From the IMG/VR virus record IMGVR_UViG_3300042561_000621: DNA of 64,000 bases. The stretch is one strand, 5' to 3'. The notes under the pieces were generated by a model. It was given only the letters and a program-made list of their open reading frames with translations. It made no database searches and was not told the DNA's origin. The stretch comes from a virus. Taxonomy: Duplodnaviria; Heunggongvirae; Uroviricota; Caudoviricetes. Of this stretch, positions 1-9,925 are shown one piece after another; within the stretch, counting starts at the first letter, position 1; the number at the start of each line of letters is the position of its first letter. Both the position numbers and the translations under genes were made by a program.

Positions 1-151
1 AATCTTTATCATCCATAGCATAGTAGATTTCATTAGGTACCACCCATTTATCAGATAAACCTTTATAATTACATAACAACTCCCTAAAGATAAACTTAGG
101 ATGTCTTTTAGTAACTATTATTCTAAATATATACCTTAATTGATCTAGCAT
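1..151 (-). CDS. hypothetical protein, 5' part only; gene runs off the window start
   Basis: ATG at 149-151 on the minus strand (MLDQLRYIFR...), frame open to the window edge, 3 nt from the upstream gene stop. Confidence 0.35.
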   Translation of the reverse strand, partial: MLDQLRYIFRIIVTKRHPKFIFRELLCNYKGLSDKWVVPNEIYYAMDDKD

Positions 152-153
152 AA

Positions 154-309
154 TTAATTGCCAAACACCCTATTATAATCCTCAATTAATCTAACATCAT
201 CCATGTTAACAACTTGTCTTCTAACAGCTTGTTCATCCTTATATTCTTGCTTATTAACATAATAACTAATAAGCTTTGTTCTATATTGTTGTCTTTCTTC
301 TTCTGTCAT
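154..309 (-). CDS. small hypothetical protein (51 aa, MTEEERQQYRTKL...)
   Basis: ATG at 309 two nt after the stop of the upstream ORF, TAA at 154-156; below the ORF-track length cutoff. Confidence 0.35.
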   Translation of the reverse strand: MTEEERQQYRTKLISYYVNKQEYKDEQAVRRQVVNMDDVRLIEDYNRVFGN

Positions 310-310
310 A

Positions 311-565
311 TTAGTAAATCCAATTATTATTTTTAATCTTATTAATTACATCTTGTAATTGCTCTTTAAAATTATTACCAACACCTTCTATATAACCTGT
401 TTCCCATTCATCATCAAGAGTAGCCCAATTACTAACAGTATATGTTTTATTTAGTTTAATAATAATGTCTTGCCAGTATGTGTTGATAATTTCAAGAGAA
501 CAGTGATTACTCTTATCACTAATGATTTTATATAACTCTAACCACAATTCTTGTTCTTCATTCAT
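311..565 (-). CDS. hypothetical protein (84 aa)
   Basis: ORF packed tightly in the minus-strand operon. Confidence 0.5.
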   Translation of the reverse strand: MNEEQELWLELYKIISDKSNHCSLEIINTYWQDIIIKLNKTYTVSNWATLDDEWETGYIEGVGNNFKEQLQDVINKIKNNNWIY

Positions 566-570
566 ATGTC

Positions 571-1728
571 TTATTTAACACTTGTATATACAATAGTAGT
601 AGTTTCAATTGCACCACTATCAGGACTATTAATAACAAGAATAACAATGTCAGTATCTTCAAAGCCCTTAACAACTGTTACTCTTTGATTAATAGTAATA
701 CCAGGACAACTATTATTAGTTAATTGCAATGCTTGTTTAAGATGATTAACTTCCAATGAAACATCAACAAAACCACCATCATATAATTCTGGTTTTAACT
801 TAGCTGGTTCTTTACTGCTACCACTAAACACTTGTAATAATGTATTAGTAGCAGTATCACTTGTTAAATTAATATAATCTCCTTCAGTATGAAAAGAAAT
901 AGCTAAATCTAACTCAGATCTTTTAACTGTGATACAACCACCAGCATCTAAACTATATATGTTATTAATAGTTTTCTCTATATTAGTAATACTATTTAAA
1001 CTCTTATAACATACAACACCCTTATCAGATGCAAACATTAACCATTTATTATTACTATTATAACCTATGGTAATAGAAGGTCCTAAAAAGGATAAAGTAC
1101 TATTTAATAAAGTAGGTTTAATAGCAAATGTTATGTTACCAATACTATCTAATTTAGACATAAATAGATTGTTACCAGTGGTGCCAAACTTACCACTAAT
1201 ACATAACTCTTTACTATCTCCTTTAATACCAATAACACTATTATCACAGCTCTTAGCAATATCACTAACAGCTATTAAGTGAGGCACTAAAGTTGTATTA
1301 TCTTCATCTAATACATTATATTTATTTTCATTTAAGAAGTCTGAATTAATAAATGAAACATTATCAACCCATATAGATTCTCCAATTGAACCTAAATTTA
1401 ATAGACTAAACGTAAGTACATTATTAATTAAACTTACCTTTAAATATTGTGTTTTAGAGGGTATTTTAGATAAGAGTAAGGACAGCTTTGTATGATGTAT
1501 TAAACAAGTACCTTCAACATTATTAGTCCCTTCTAAAGGTATATAAAACTTAACTCCATAACTATTATTAATAGCAGTAAATGTAAGTTTATCTCCTTCA
1601 ACAGGATCAACAGTAATAGTAATTTCAACACACTGTTCTAATGAAGAATTCATTTTAGAATTAGCTAGATTAATAGCTTGTTTAGCAGTAGTTTTAAATC
1701 TTGTTATATCAGTAATTGCAATTAGCAT
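571..1728 (-). CDS. hypothetical protein; weak resemblance to a DnaN-type sliding clamp
   Basis: 385 aa, close to DnaN length, with alternating hydrophobic beta-strand-like pattern; sits in the replication module next to the polymerase and RecA; no strong motif. Confidence 0.35.
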   Translation of the reverse strand: MLIAITDITRFKTTAKQAINLANSKMNSSLEQCVEITITVDPVEGDKLTFTAINNSYGVKFYIPLEGTNNVEGTCLIHHTKLSLLLSKIPSKTQYLKVSLINNVLTFSLLNLGSIGESIWVDNVSFINSDFLNENKYNVLDEDNTTLVPHLIAVSDIAKSCDNSVIGIKGDSKELCISGKFGTTGNNLFMSKLDSIGNITFAIKPTLLNSTLSFLGPSITIGYNSNNKWLMFASDKGVVCYKSLNSITNIEKTINNIYSLDAGGCITVKRSELDLAISFHTEGDYINLTSDTATNTLLQVFSGSSKEPAKLKPELYDGGFVDVSLEVNHLKQALQLTNNSCPGITINQRVTVVKGFEDTDIVILVINSPDSGAIETTTIVYTSVK

Positions 1729-2345
1729 TAATTATCACCTAAATCATAAGGAGATAAGATTGATGAGTCATCTTCATCATCTTCATCATCATCTTCATCT
1801 TCAATATCATCTTCAATATCATCAGAAAAATTATCTTTATCTTTATTTAAATCTTGATTGTACATACTAATTGAATCAATTAAATCAATACCAAGTCTAA
1901 ATCTAAGATCCTCTCTAATAACTTCAATTTGTTCATATAACATATCAAAGTATTTTAACAAATCAAATTCTGAAAAGAAATTAAATAGATAGCTTATTTG
2001 AAAGTAAGTTTCACCATCTTCCTTAACTGGTTTTATATCAAGATGTCCAATTAAGTTAGGTTTATAACTATAATCAGTAATGTCATATTGATATGCAGCA
2101 GCTTCTTCTATACTAGCAATATGAATAAGTCCTATATGAAACCTACCTTTAATAAAGCTTAAATCATTTGTAAAACCCTTATTAAACACAAGTTGAATGT
2201 TCATATCAGATGATCTAATGTGCCACTTATCTTGTTCTACAACAGGTCTTAATACTTTACCAATAAGCCAGTTATTAAACTTACTACTATAGAGAGCTTC
2301 AAAAAGATTATCTAAACTTGCAATGTTATTGTTGTTGTTTAACAT
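1728..2345 (-). CDS. hypothetical protein with poly-Asn N-terminus and acidic D/E-rich C-terminal tail
   Basis: 205-aa ORF; stop/start overlap with the neighbouring gene. Confidence 0.5.
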   Translation of the reverse strand: MLNNNNNIASLDNLFEALYSSKFNNWLIGKVLRPVVEQDKWHIRSSDMNIQLVFNKGFTNDLSFIKGRFHIGLIHIASIEEAAAYQYDITDYSYKPNLIGHLDIKPVKEDGETYFQISYLFNFFSEFDLLKYFDMLYEQIEVIREDLRFRLGIDLIDSISMYNQDLNKDKDNFSDDIEDDIEDEDDDEDDEDDSSILSPYDLGDN

Positions 2346-2407
2346 GTATTTGTATACTGTAAATTAGTATTAAATATCAAACTTAATAGATGATTACTAC
2401 TTAATAT

Positions 2408-2959
2408 TCATTCATCTTTTAATTCTTCTTCATCAGGTTCTAAATAGTCAAGGGGGTTATAACCACTAATAGTAAAGTTACCTTTACCATTAGCTTCTAA
2501 TAAATCTTCTATTGTAGTTTTTTCTCTAACTTCTAATTCATGTATCATAAACCAACTAAATAGTTCTAATACTTCTCTATCCTTATCAACTTGGCCAAAG
2601 TATAAAGTCTTACCCATAGCACTTTGTACTTCTTGTTCAGTTGCTACAAACAAACCATACAAAGTTGTATAAAAGCATTCCAACTCAAATTTATATAGTT
2701 TTAAAGGATTCATAAGCTTTTGATAAGACTTCTCTACATAAGGCTGTTCTATATCCTCTGGAGGCAAACAATCATTAACATATCTATGCCATTTATTAAT
2801 AGACAATACACATCTATACATAAATGTTTTAGTATTTTCACTGTATATAGACCAATCAATAAGTTTACTATTTTCTCTTCTTTCCCAAATATCACCCTTA
2901 TAACTTACTTTTTGTATAGTAGTTGGGCCAATTGTAATTGGTGATTCTATGAGCTTCAT
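2408..2959 (-). CDS. hypothetical protein (183 aa)
   Basis: ORF begins 4 nt after the polymerase exon-3 stop codon. Confidence 0.5.
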   Translation of the reverse strand: MKLIESPITIGPTTIQKVSYKGDIWERRENSKLIDWSIYSENTKTFMYRCVLSINKWHRYVNDCLPPEDIEQPYVEKSYQKLMNPLKLYKFELECFYTTLYGLFVATEQEVQSAMGKTLYFGQVDKDREVLELFSWFMIHELEVREKTTIEDLLEANGKGNFTISGYNPLDYLEPDEEELKDE

Positions 2960-2962
2960 ATA

Positions 2963-3124
2963 TTATTTCTTCCAACAAGGAGCAATTGTAAGTGAACTAA
3001 ACCCACCAGTCTCACAACCAAAGTACTTATATAACATATCACCTTGCACCTTTTCCATCAAAAGTTTTAATTCATTACCAACTTCTTCTGCCATTGGTTT
3101 ATATAACTCATATACTATTTCATC
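2963..3124 (-). CDS. family-A DNA polymerase, exon 3 (C-terminal motif C region)
   Basis: Minus-strand translation DEIVYELYKPMAEEVGNELKLLMEKVQGDMLYKYFGCETGGFSSLTIAPCWKK*. Joined to exon 2 it gives ALVHDEIVYE, matching PolA motif C (QVHDELVFE). Confidence 0.75.
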   Translation of the reverse strand, partial: DEIVYELYKPMAEEVGNELKLLMEKVQGDMLYKYFGCETGGFSSLTIAPCWKK

Positions 3125-3370
3125 CCTACTGTTATTTAATACTCGTTTCCAGTATTAGCCTACCATTTCTAGTAGTGTCGGATCATATCATTAATAGTTA
3201 CATTAACTATTACCTGCCGCTTCAGGAACCACTAGGTCCTTACTCTCCTAAGAGATGATCTCTGCACTTTACCTATGTTATTAGGTCTTAGCTCAATGTT
3301 ACCTTATACTGTTACCATACTTAGGTTTCTTTGAATTCAACAAGTTTAATCTGCACAATGATAAAGGGTT
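3125..3370 (-). mobile_element. putative ORF-less group I intron (polymerase intron 2, about 246 nt)
   Basis: Interrupts codons VH|DE of PolA motif C. The upstream exon ends in U and the intron ends in G. R-like (UAAGACCUA) and S-like (GAUAUGAUCC) elements occur in the expected order. The interval has no ORF. Confidence 0.55.
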
Positions 3371-3499
3371 ATGCACAAGAGCTACAATGTTATTTCTAAC
3401 ATTATATCTATTATTAATGTCTTCCAGATATGTTTTTATAACTGGCAAAGTTACTTTTAATTGATCAGCACAAAAGCCTTGAACATCCTTTATTGTTAT
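3371..3499 (-). CDS. family-A DNA polymerase, micro-exon 2 (about 43 codons; 5' boundary +/-10 nt)
   Basis: Frame with no ATG reads (I)TIKDVQGFCADQLKVTLPVIKTYLEDINNRYNVRNNIVALVH. This aligns to the PolA PMQGTAADIIKRAM...MIMQVH segment that is absent from the flanking ORFs. Confidence 0.65.
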
Positions 3500-3772
3500 C
3501 CTAAAAGCTTTTTATCTTTTAGTTCTATAGCTTCTTATTAACTATAGTTCAGCATATTTTTTTATCCTTGCAAAGTTAATGCAGTGGGATATTAGAGTCT
3601 CTTGGCTATTTATATTCTGTTAGTCTTAACAGGTTCAATTAGCTATGCGTTGCCCCTGACTAGTTTATTACTACTTAGCCTTCGGTTCAGGTTATCATCT
3701 CAGACTTTCCTGCTTAATACTCTAATTATCATTTACTAATTACTTAGTAATGGGACATGTATTTTATCCGTT
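3500..3772 (-). mobile_element. putative ORF-less group I intron (polymerase intron 1, about 270 nt; boundaries +/-10 nt)
   Basis: Non-coding, locally GC-richer and structured interval between SAQRKGPN(G) of exon 1 and KDVQG of exon 2. R-like UAAGACUAACA and S-like CUGAACUAUAGUU elements lie just upstream of the 3' splice site. Confidence 0.5.
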
Positions 3773-5623
3773 AGGGCCCTTCCTCTGTGCTGAAGATTCA
3801 TTTCCTTTAGAATTAGCTTCATCTACATACAACCATCTAGAGGTTGGTAATCTAATTCTTTTACATCTAACACCTTCTTTAGAAGTAGTATCTAACCAAT
3901 GTTTAAGTTTATAAAATTGATTAAAATAACTAGTTAGTATCTTTCCTGCTTCTTCTACTGAACATTTTAAATCATTAGACAAACCTTGTTCAGTCTTACC
4001 ATAGATAACACTAAAATTTAATACTTTGCCTTGAAATCTATAATCAGCACCATCATGACCCTTTTCAGCCATCTCTCTAATTAGTTCAGGTGCATAAGTC
4101 TTTAAAGCAGGACATAAACCCATAGCAGCTACTGTATGAGGATCAGTGTAAGGATCTTCTACTGGTTTATTATCCTTATTAAGTATTTGATTACCCTTGC
4201 TATCAAGTAAATATAACTGCTTCTTCTTTTGATAAAAAGGTGCCAAGCCAGCTTCATCTTTAGCATATGCCATAGCAGTGAGTACCTCTTCTGCTACATA
4301 GTCTATACCAGCTATAACATAGTTGTCCCTAGCAATATAACCACTTCTAACATTAAACTTACCTCTTGCTATAACTTGTTGAAGATTCATTTTATACTTC
4401 TTATCTCCAACAATAATAGAACCAGATGAAGACATTCTTCCTGTGGCGGTTCCTACAGGATTAGTAGTAGCATGTAAGGCTCCACTTATAGGATTAACAA
4501 TACTGTTATACTTACTGATTTCTGTCTTTAGTTTTTCCTGCTTCTTATAAGTTATTAGAGTATTAATAACCTCTTTAGCTTCAGCTTTATTAGTAATGTT
4601 ATCAACATCTAAGTCTTCATCCTCATCATCAGAGTCATCTTCTTCTTCATTATCACTAGTTAAAAACTCTTTCATAATGACAGCATTTAATGCTGTCAAG
4701 TTAACTTTAAACTTACTATTAATAATAGAAGCTAACTTCTTAGGGTTGTTAAATACTTTAGTTACAAGAGGTGATACAGACATACATTGATGCAATACAC
4801 CCTCATCATCTTCTTGTAGTTCTACAGATAATGGCTGATCTAACTGTTTAGCAAGACTAATTTTAGTCTCATTAGATAGTAGTTCAAGCTCTTTAATAAA
4901 GCCAACCATCTTATCCTTATCAATGATAAAACCTACATATTCAACTATAGCTAGAATTCTCATAGCTTCTTGATCTAAGTTGAATGCATACTCTTCATCA
5001 TAGTCTTGTATTAAAGAATCTTTAACACTTAAAATTAAGTTTAACCATTCACTACTAACATCTCTAGCTGAATACTTTAGTTGTTCTGATGATAACAAAG
5101 GAGAAGACCAATCAGATGTTTGTAACTCTTTACTCATTACAACACCAGCAAAGTGTTTCATAATAACAGCTAAACCAGCACCTATTAACTTACCCTGTCT
5201 CCAACCTATACTCACATATAAAGTATTAAACATTACCATAGAACAATATATATTAGTAAGTTCTAAGTTGTAATGATGCTTAATCTGTCTTATTTCAAAA
5301 GCAGCATTATGAGCCCACACTATAAACTTAGAACTATCACTAAGTAATAATAATAAAGGTGTTATATCTACATTATTTAATTCAATAACAATAGGTGCTC
5401 CATCATTACCAATCCAATTAATACTAAGTAATCTAAGCTTATTACAATAAGGATCAATGCCACTACTAACAAGCCTAAATTCTTCTTTAACATACGTTTC
5501 AAAATCAATACCTACATTAACTATATTATTAATAGAAAGAGTTACAAGAGTATTAATAACATACTCTTGTAACTCTTTATTTGTAGTAATGTAGGAATAA
5601 TCATTATTCCTATGTGACAACAT
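3773..5623 (-). CDS. family-A DNA polymerase, exon 1 (3'-5' exonuclease domain, polymerase motifs A and B)
   Basis: TATGRMSSS; DYVAEEVLTAMAYAKDE (motif A-like); GKVLNFSVIYG (motif B); SAQRKGPN matches SAERAAIN. The ORF-track stop at 3764 lies inside the intron. Confidence 0.8.
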
Positions 5624-6137
5624 TATCTTCTTCTATAGTAGTATTTACTAAATCATCAATTGAACTAAATCTATCATTTAATATTCTAGCTTCAGCTTCT
5701 AATTGTTCATCTGATATAGGTAGTTCCTCTGAAGTATTATTTAACATAGCATCTATTTTAAATTGTATTTCAGGATCAAATAAAGTTACATTAGCTTCAG
5801 GGCCAATAACATCTTGTTTAGGATCAAATGATGCAACTCTAACAGACATATTAGAAGGTTGATTATTATAATTATTATTATTATTATAATTATTATAGTT
5901 ATTATTACTAGAAGGATTTACATAAGATGTGTTAGGTTTATAATTAGTATTAATTACTTGTTTTACACCTAATGTTTTACCTAATTGACCAAGTAACTCT
6001 TGAGCTTCAGTTATAAATAGGGCTAAACTTTCTAAGTCATCAATAGTTAACTTCTTAGAAACTTTAGACCCCATTAATAATCTAGCTTCCTTTAACTTAG
6101 CAACAAGACTGTTATTATTTAAAGGTTGTTTTGTCAT
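5610..6137 (-). CDS. hypothetical protein with N/Y-rich low-complexity linker
   Basis: 175-aa ORF overlapping the polymerase start by 14 nt. Confidence 0.45.
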   Translation of the reverse strand: MTKQPLNNNSLVAKLKEARLLMGSKVSKKLTIDDLESLALFITEAQELLGQLGKTLGVKQVINTNYKPNTSYVNPSSNNNYNNYNNNNNYNNQPSNMSVRVASFDPKQDVIGPEANVTLFDPEIQFKIDAMLNNTSEELPISDEQLEAEARILNDRFSSIDDLVNTTIEEDNVVT

Positions 6138-6409
6138 TAATTAGAACCATTCAATAGTTCATGATACTTAGTAGTAATTCTAGAAACTTGAGTATTTAAA
6201 GCTCTAATAACACTAGGTCTAGTATCCTCAATTTCTTCATCTGTTAGATTTGTTAGTGCATTAACAAGAGTTACAATATTAGTTCTCTTTCCCTTCTTTG
6301 TAGTAATATCAGCAACTGTAGTTGTTACAGTTACAGGCACATCACTAGCACTAATTAAATCAACATTAGACACAGACTGAACAGTTGTTGTAGTTTCTTC
6401 TTCAAACAT
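6137..6409 (-). CDS. hypothetical protein (90 aa, T/V-rich)
   Basis: ORF with start/stop overlap to its neighbour. Confidence 0.4.
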   Translation of the reverse strand: MFEEETTTTVQSVSNVDLISASDVPVTVTTTVADITTKKGKRTNIVTLVNALTNLTDEEIEDTRPSVIRALNTQVSRITTKYHELLNGSN

Positions 6410-6449
6410 AATATATCTCTCTTTTTGTTTTGTTTTAAAAAATAACTCT

Positions 6450-7472
6450 TTAAATTAAAGAATTAACATGATCTCTTAGAGCTATAAATAAAGGCTGTTC
6501 TGTTTTTAACTTAGTAGCTAAATTGCTTTCACCTTGTACTTTAATAGGCTCATCTGAACTTAAATTGGGCAAACTTAAAGTAATCCAAGAACCAGCTTGT
6601 TTAATAACATTTACATCTGGATGCTTGGCCATTCTAATCAAATCTATGTAAGGATTATACATAGTGTTAGTAATAGTTTTATCATCACTATCTTGTTCTA
6701 AATCTACTTGCATATCAATAGATCTCAATGCTCTACCATACTTTGATTTAATACATTTAATCTGTACATCAAAGTCATTAATACCTTGTTCATCAGGTGC
6801 TTTTAATGCTCTCTTACTAGTCATTAATCTAATACTAGCCCAATAAGGTAAACCCTTACCACCCATACTACCTTCAGGGTTACCATAACCACTCAAGTTA
6901 GTATTTCTAACTTGATTAATAAGAATAAGTACAACATTATGTTTCTTACACTTAACACTAAATTGTGGTAAGTTTTCACTTAACAATCTAGCTCTAACAC
7001 CCATAACATGAACATCCCCTACTTCTTTACTTTCATCTGTTAATTTCTCTGGAACAAGACCAGCAACACTATCAATAATAACAGCACAGAAGTCATCACT
7101 AAGATAAGATCTAGTACATTGTAAACCTTCTTCAGCACTAGTAGCATCTACTAATAATACCTTATCAGGATCTAATCCAACATTAGTAGCATGTGTACTA
7201 GTATAACCAAACTCACTAGCTTGTATATAACCAACAAACTTATCTGTTTGTTTTTGTAATTGAGCAGCTAAATACATAGCTAATAATGATTTACTTGTTT
7301 GTTCAGGACCATATATTTCAATAATAGTGCCATATGGAACGCCACCACCTAACAAGTAATTAATAGAAGGTGATTCTAACTTAAATCTTTGTACTTCAAC
7401 TTGATTACCAATACAAACTTGTTTCTTACCAACTACCTTTTCAGTTAGTTTTAAATACTCATTTAAATCCAT
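6450..7472 (-). CDS. RecA/UvsX-like recombinase
   Basis: LGGGVPYGTIIEIYGPEQTSKS (RecA P-loop region), VIIDSVAGLVP (Walker B), and overall RecA length and architecture. Confidence 0.8.
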   Translation of the reverse strand: MDLNEYLKLTEKVVGKKQVCIGNQVEVQRFKLESPSINYLLGGGVPYGTIIEIYGPEQTSKSLLAMYLAAQLQKQTDKFVGYIQASEFGYTSTHATNVGLDPDKVLLVDATSAEEGLQCTRSYLSDDFCAVIIDSVAGLVPEKLTDESKEVGDVHVMGVRARLLSENLPQFSVKCKKHNVVLILINQVRNTNLSGYGNPEGSMGGKGLPYWASIRLMTSKRALKAPDEQGINDFDVQIKCIKSKYGRALRSIDMQVDLEQDSDDKTITNTMYNPYIDLIRMAKHPDVNVIKQAGSWITLSLPNLSSDEPIKVQGESNLATKLKTEQPLFIALRDHVNSLI

Positions 7473-7525
7473 TATCCATATACCTTATAAGATTAAACTT
7501 AAAAGGCAAACTTAATAATTACAGA

Positions 7526-8092
7526 TTAATCTGGTTTTACATAATAAGTAGTTTCAGTATCAACATTAATCCCAGTAAACTTAATGTGATCCACTTCAAA
7601 TACCATTCTAGCTTTTAAAACAGTATCTTCTGTAAATAATTCTAAACTTAGAACACTAGGCATAGTAAGATCATTTAGTTTGATAGGACCTAAATCCCAA
7701 CCACTAAGTACAGCATCTTTATTTTTTTCTGGTAATCTATAAGTAGTAGGATCTTCTGCCCCTATTTCTAATGTAATAGCTTCTTTATTGTTTTCTACTT
7801 CTTTACTATCCCATGTAATCTCTTCTAATCCATCTAATTTAAACTTAGTTGGTGTTTTTCCAGGGCTAAAAATAGCAGTGAGATTAGTACATATATGATC
7901 TTTACCATCTATATTAACTACTAAATCATTATTACCGATCACAGCAGCTAATGAATATTTTCTAGAGTGTACTCTTATAGGACCAATTGATACATCATAA
8001 ATATTAAGCTCTTTATTAGTATGTATTGATTTAAGCTTACTATCTGGAATAGGGAGAAAGCATTTATTGCTTAGTGTTATGTTTGATAACAT
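7526..8092 (-). CDS. hypothetical protein (188 aa)
   Basis: ORF in the replication/recombination module. Confidence 0.45.
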   Translation of the reverse strand: MLSNITLSNKCFLPIPDSKLKSIHTNKELNIYDVSIGPIRVHSRKYSLAAVIGNNDLVVNIDGKDHICTNLTAIFSPGKTPTKFKLDGLEEITWDSKEVENNKEAITLEIGAEDPTTYRLPEKNKDAVLSGWDLGPIKLNDLTMPSVLSLELFTEDTVLKARMVFEVDHIKFTGINVDTETTYYVKPD

Positions 8093-8141
8093 ATTATTTA
8101 TTATTGTTTATACTAAATTTATATTAAAAGTTACATATTAA

Positions 8142-8606
8142 TTATTCTATATCTTTACAAAACCCTTCTAACCATTCTGGTGCTTCTTGTTCATTGGTAA
8201 CGCCAAAGTATAAAGCAATCCTACCTTTAGTGCCATATTTCTTCCAAGCTTGTTCATAATCTTTAACAGCTTGATAAGCATTCATAGCTCTTTGAACTGA
8301 GTCAGTTTCATCTTCTAATGTCCAAGTTCTACCTAAATATTCAAGCCAATTAGGATCTACATCATATAAATATTCATCAGATGTTTTATCAATAAGTTGA
8401 CCATACATATCCCTTGAAGGATCACCATATGTTAAATAATCATAATAAGCATCTTCTAAATCACTAAACACTTCTTGTATATAATTAACAACATTAAGTC
8501 TTTCTCTAGTCTTATTAATGCTTTTTAGTTTCTTTTTGTAGTTTTTATTACAATTCTTTATTTTATACAGTTTCTTGTCTAACATAACCATTCTCCAATT
8601 GTTCAA
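8142..8606 (-). CDS. hypothetical protein (154 aa)
   Basis: ORF; overlaps the upstream gene. Confidence 0.45.
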   Translation of the reverse strand: MNNWRMVMLDKKLYKIKNCNKNYKKKLKSINKTRERLNVVNYIQEVFSDLEDAYYDYLTYGDPSRDMYGQLIDKTSDEYLYDVDPNWLEYLGRTWTLEDETDSVQRAMNAYQAVKDYEQAWKKYGTKGRIALYFGVTNEQEAPEWLEGFCKDIE

Positions 8607-9033
8607 AGACTAACTTAGACATTATAAACACAGGACCATATTCTTTACTATGTATAATATGTATCTCATCTATTCTATATTCATCTTTAGTAACAGCTAG
8701 TTTATTAGTTGTTGTTCTACTTTTAATTGAGGTTGGAATTATATCACCATTAGGTAAATGTAAATTACCATCACCATCTCTAAACTTAGCACCGCTAGAT
8801 TCAGTGGCTTCTAATCCTAACTCTTTAACAAGATTATTTTCAACTGTTCTACCTCTTTTATTACACTCTTTACCCCTGGCTGATAATGTTAAATCTTTAC
8901 AAGGATGAGGTTCTTTTAATAATTTTGATAAAGGTTTATAGTATAACTTACCTTCACCTATAATTGCTAAACAAGATGAACATTTATCATCTCTATTCTT
9001 ACAGTTAGTTTCAAATTTAATGGGACAAGGCAT
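8563..9033 (-). CDS. putative Holliday-junction resolvase (Hjc-like PD-(D/E)xK nuclease) with N-terminal Cys zinc ribbon
   Basis: CPIKFETNC...CSSC zinc ribbon; VENNLVKELG...ESSGAKF...DIIPTSIKSR matches the Hjc pattern ER..L...G......SG......D+.A....IE.K. Confidence 0.4.
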   Translation of the reverse strand: MPCPIKFETNCKNRDDKCSSCLAIIGEGKLYYKPLSKLLKEPHPCKDLTLSARGKECNKRGRTVENNLVKELGLEATESSGAKFRDGDGNLHLPNGDIIPTSIKSRTTTNKLAVTKDEYRIDEIHIIHSKEYGPVFIMSKLVFEQLENGYVRQETV

Positions 9034-9104
9034 ACAATACTCTATACAATTTAATTTAAATTAAATACAAATAACAATAATAATACTAATTAATAAACAT
9101 AAAC

Positions 9105-9524
9105 ATGCTTCTTAAATACTCTTTATCAACTCAAATAACCAATAATATAGAAACAGATGTTAAATGGATATTACCAGCTACAATTGCTCTTGCAACTAGT
9201 AATACTTATACTTTTACATCTGTAGATATTACAAAAGGCACTCCTTTTATAATAAATATAGATAACACATATATAGTTAGATATTTAGCTATAAGTAGTG
9301 ATCAATCATTCACATTAAGTATAAATAATCAACAAGAACTTATAACTAAAACATATGCAGTTGATTATGGTGTTAATAGTACTGGTTATACTAACATTAG
9401 TAAGATTAGTAGTATAAAAATAACTAATCCAACTGGTACAAGAGGACCAATTGGAAATCAGTTTAGTAATCCTAATATTATAGCTGTTAAATACTTATTA
9501 GTATTAGAAAAAATAACTACTTAA
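9105..9524 (+). CDS. hypothetical protein (139 aa)
   Basis: Plus-strand ORF in a divergent intergenic arrangement. Confidence 0.4.
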   Translation: MLLKYSLSTQITNNIETDVKWILPATIALATSNTYTFTSVDITKGTPFIINIDNTYIVRYLAISSDQSFTLSINNQQELITKTYAVDYGVNSTGYTNISKISSIKITNPTGTRGPIGNQFSNPNIIAVKYLLVLEKITT

Positions 9525-9533
9525 TAACATCTT

Positions 9534-9917
9534 CTAAAGACTTTTAGTAGTACTTTTATTACTACTTTTAATAGCTTTACTTGGTTGTTTAATCTTAATT
9601 TGTTTAGAAGTAGTAAAGAAATAATCACAATTAGGATCTATTTCATTAGTTATTTTTTCTGTAGTTAAGTTATAAGTATAATAGGTAAATATGGATCTAG
9701 GAGTTGTTGTAGCTGTTGGATCCATTTTTATGGTTTGTTTTTCATCAATACTAAACTTAACTCTTTCTCCTTCTTCTACTTGTACAATAACACTATAAAG
9801 TCTTGGACTTTCAATAGGAATTACTTGAGTTCCTCTTTTACTATTTACAATTATAATTTGTAGTGAATCTTTTTTTACTAAAGGATTGATAGGAATAATA
9901 ACATCAGTCTCTTTCAT
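9534..9917 (-). CDS. hypothetical protein (127 aa)
   Basis: ORF. Confidence 0.4.
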   Translation of the reverse strand: MKETDVIIPINPLVKKDSLQIIIVNSKRGTQVIPIESPRLYSVIVQVEEGERVKFSIDEKQTIKMDPTATTTPRSIFTYYTYNLTTEKITNEIDPNCDYFFTTSKQIKIKQPSKAIKSSNKSTTKSL

Positions 9918-9925
9918 TTATTTAT

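Noticed and set aside
3160-3770. Spliceosomal-type (GT-AG) introns in the polymerase gene, as in some eukaryotic large DNA viruses
   Set aside because: Exon boundaries reconstructed from conserved motifs do not start with GT or end with AG. Introns end in G after a U-ending exon and carry P7-like R/S elements, so group I is the better explanation.
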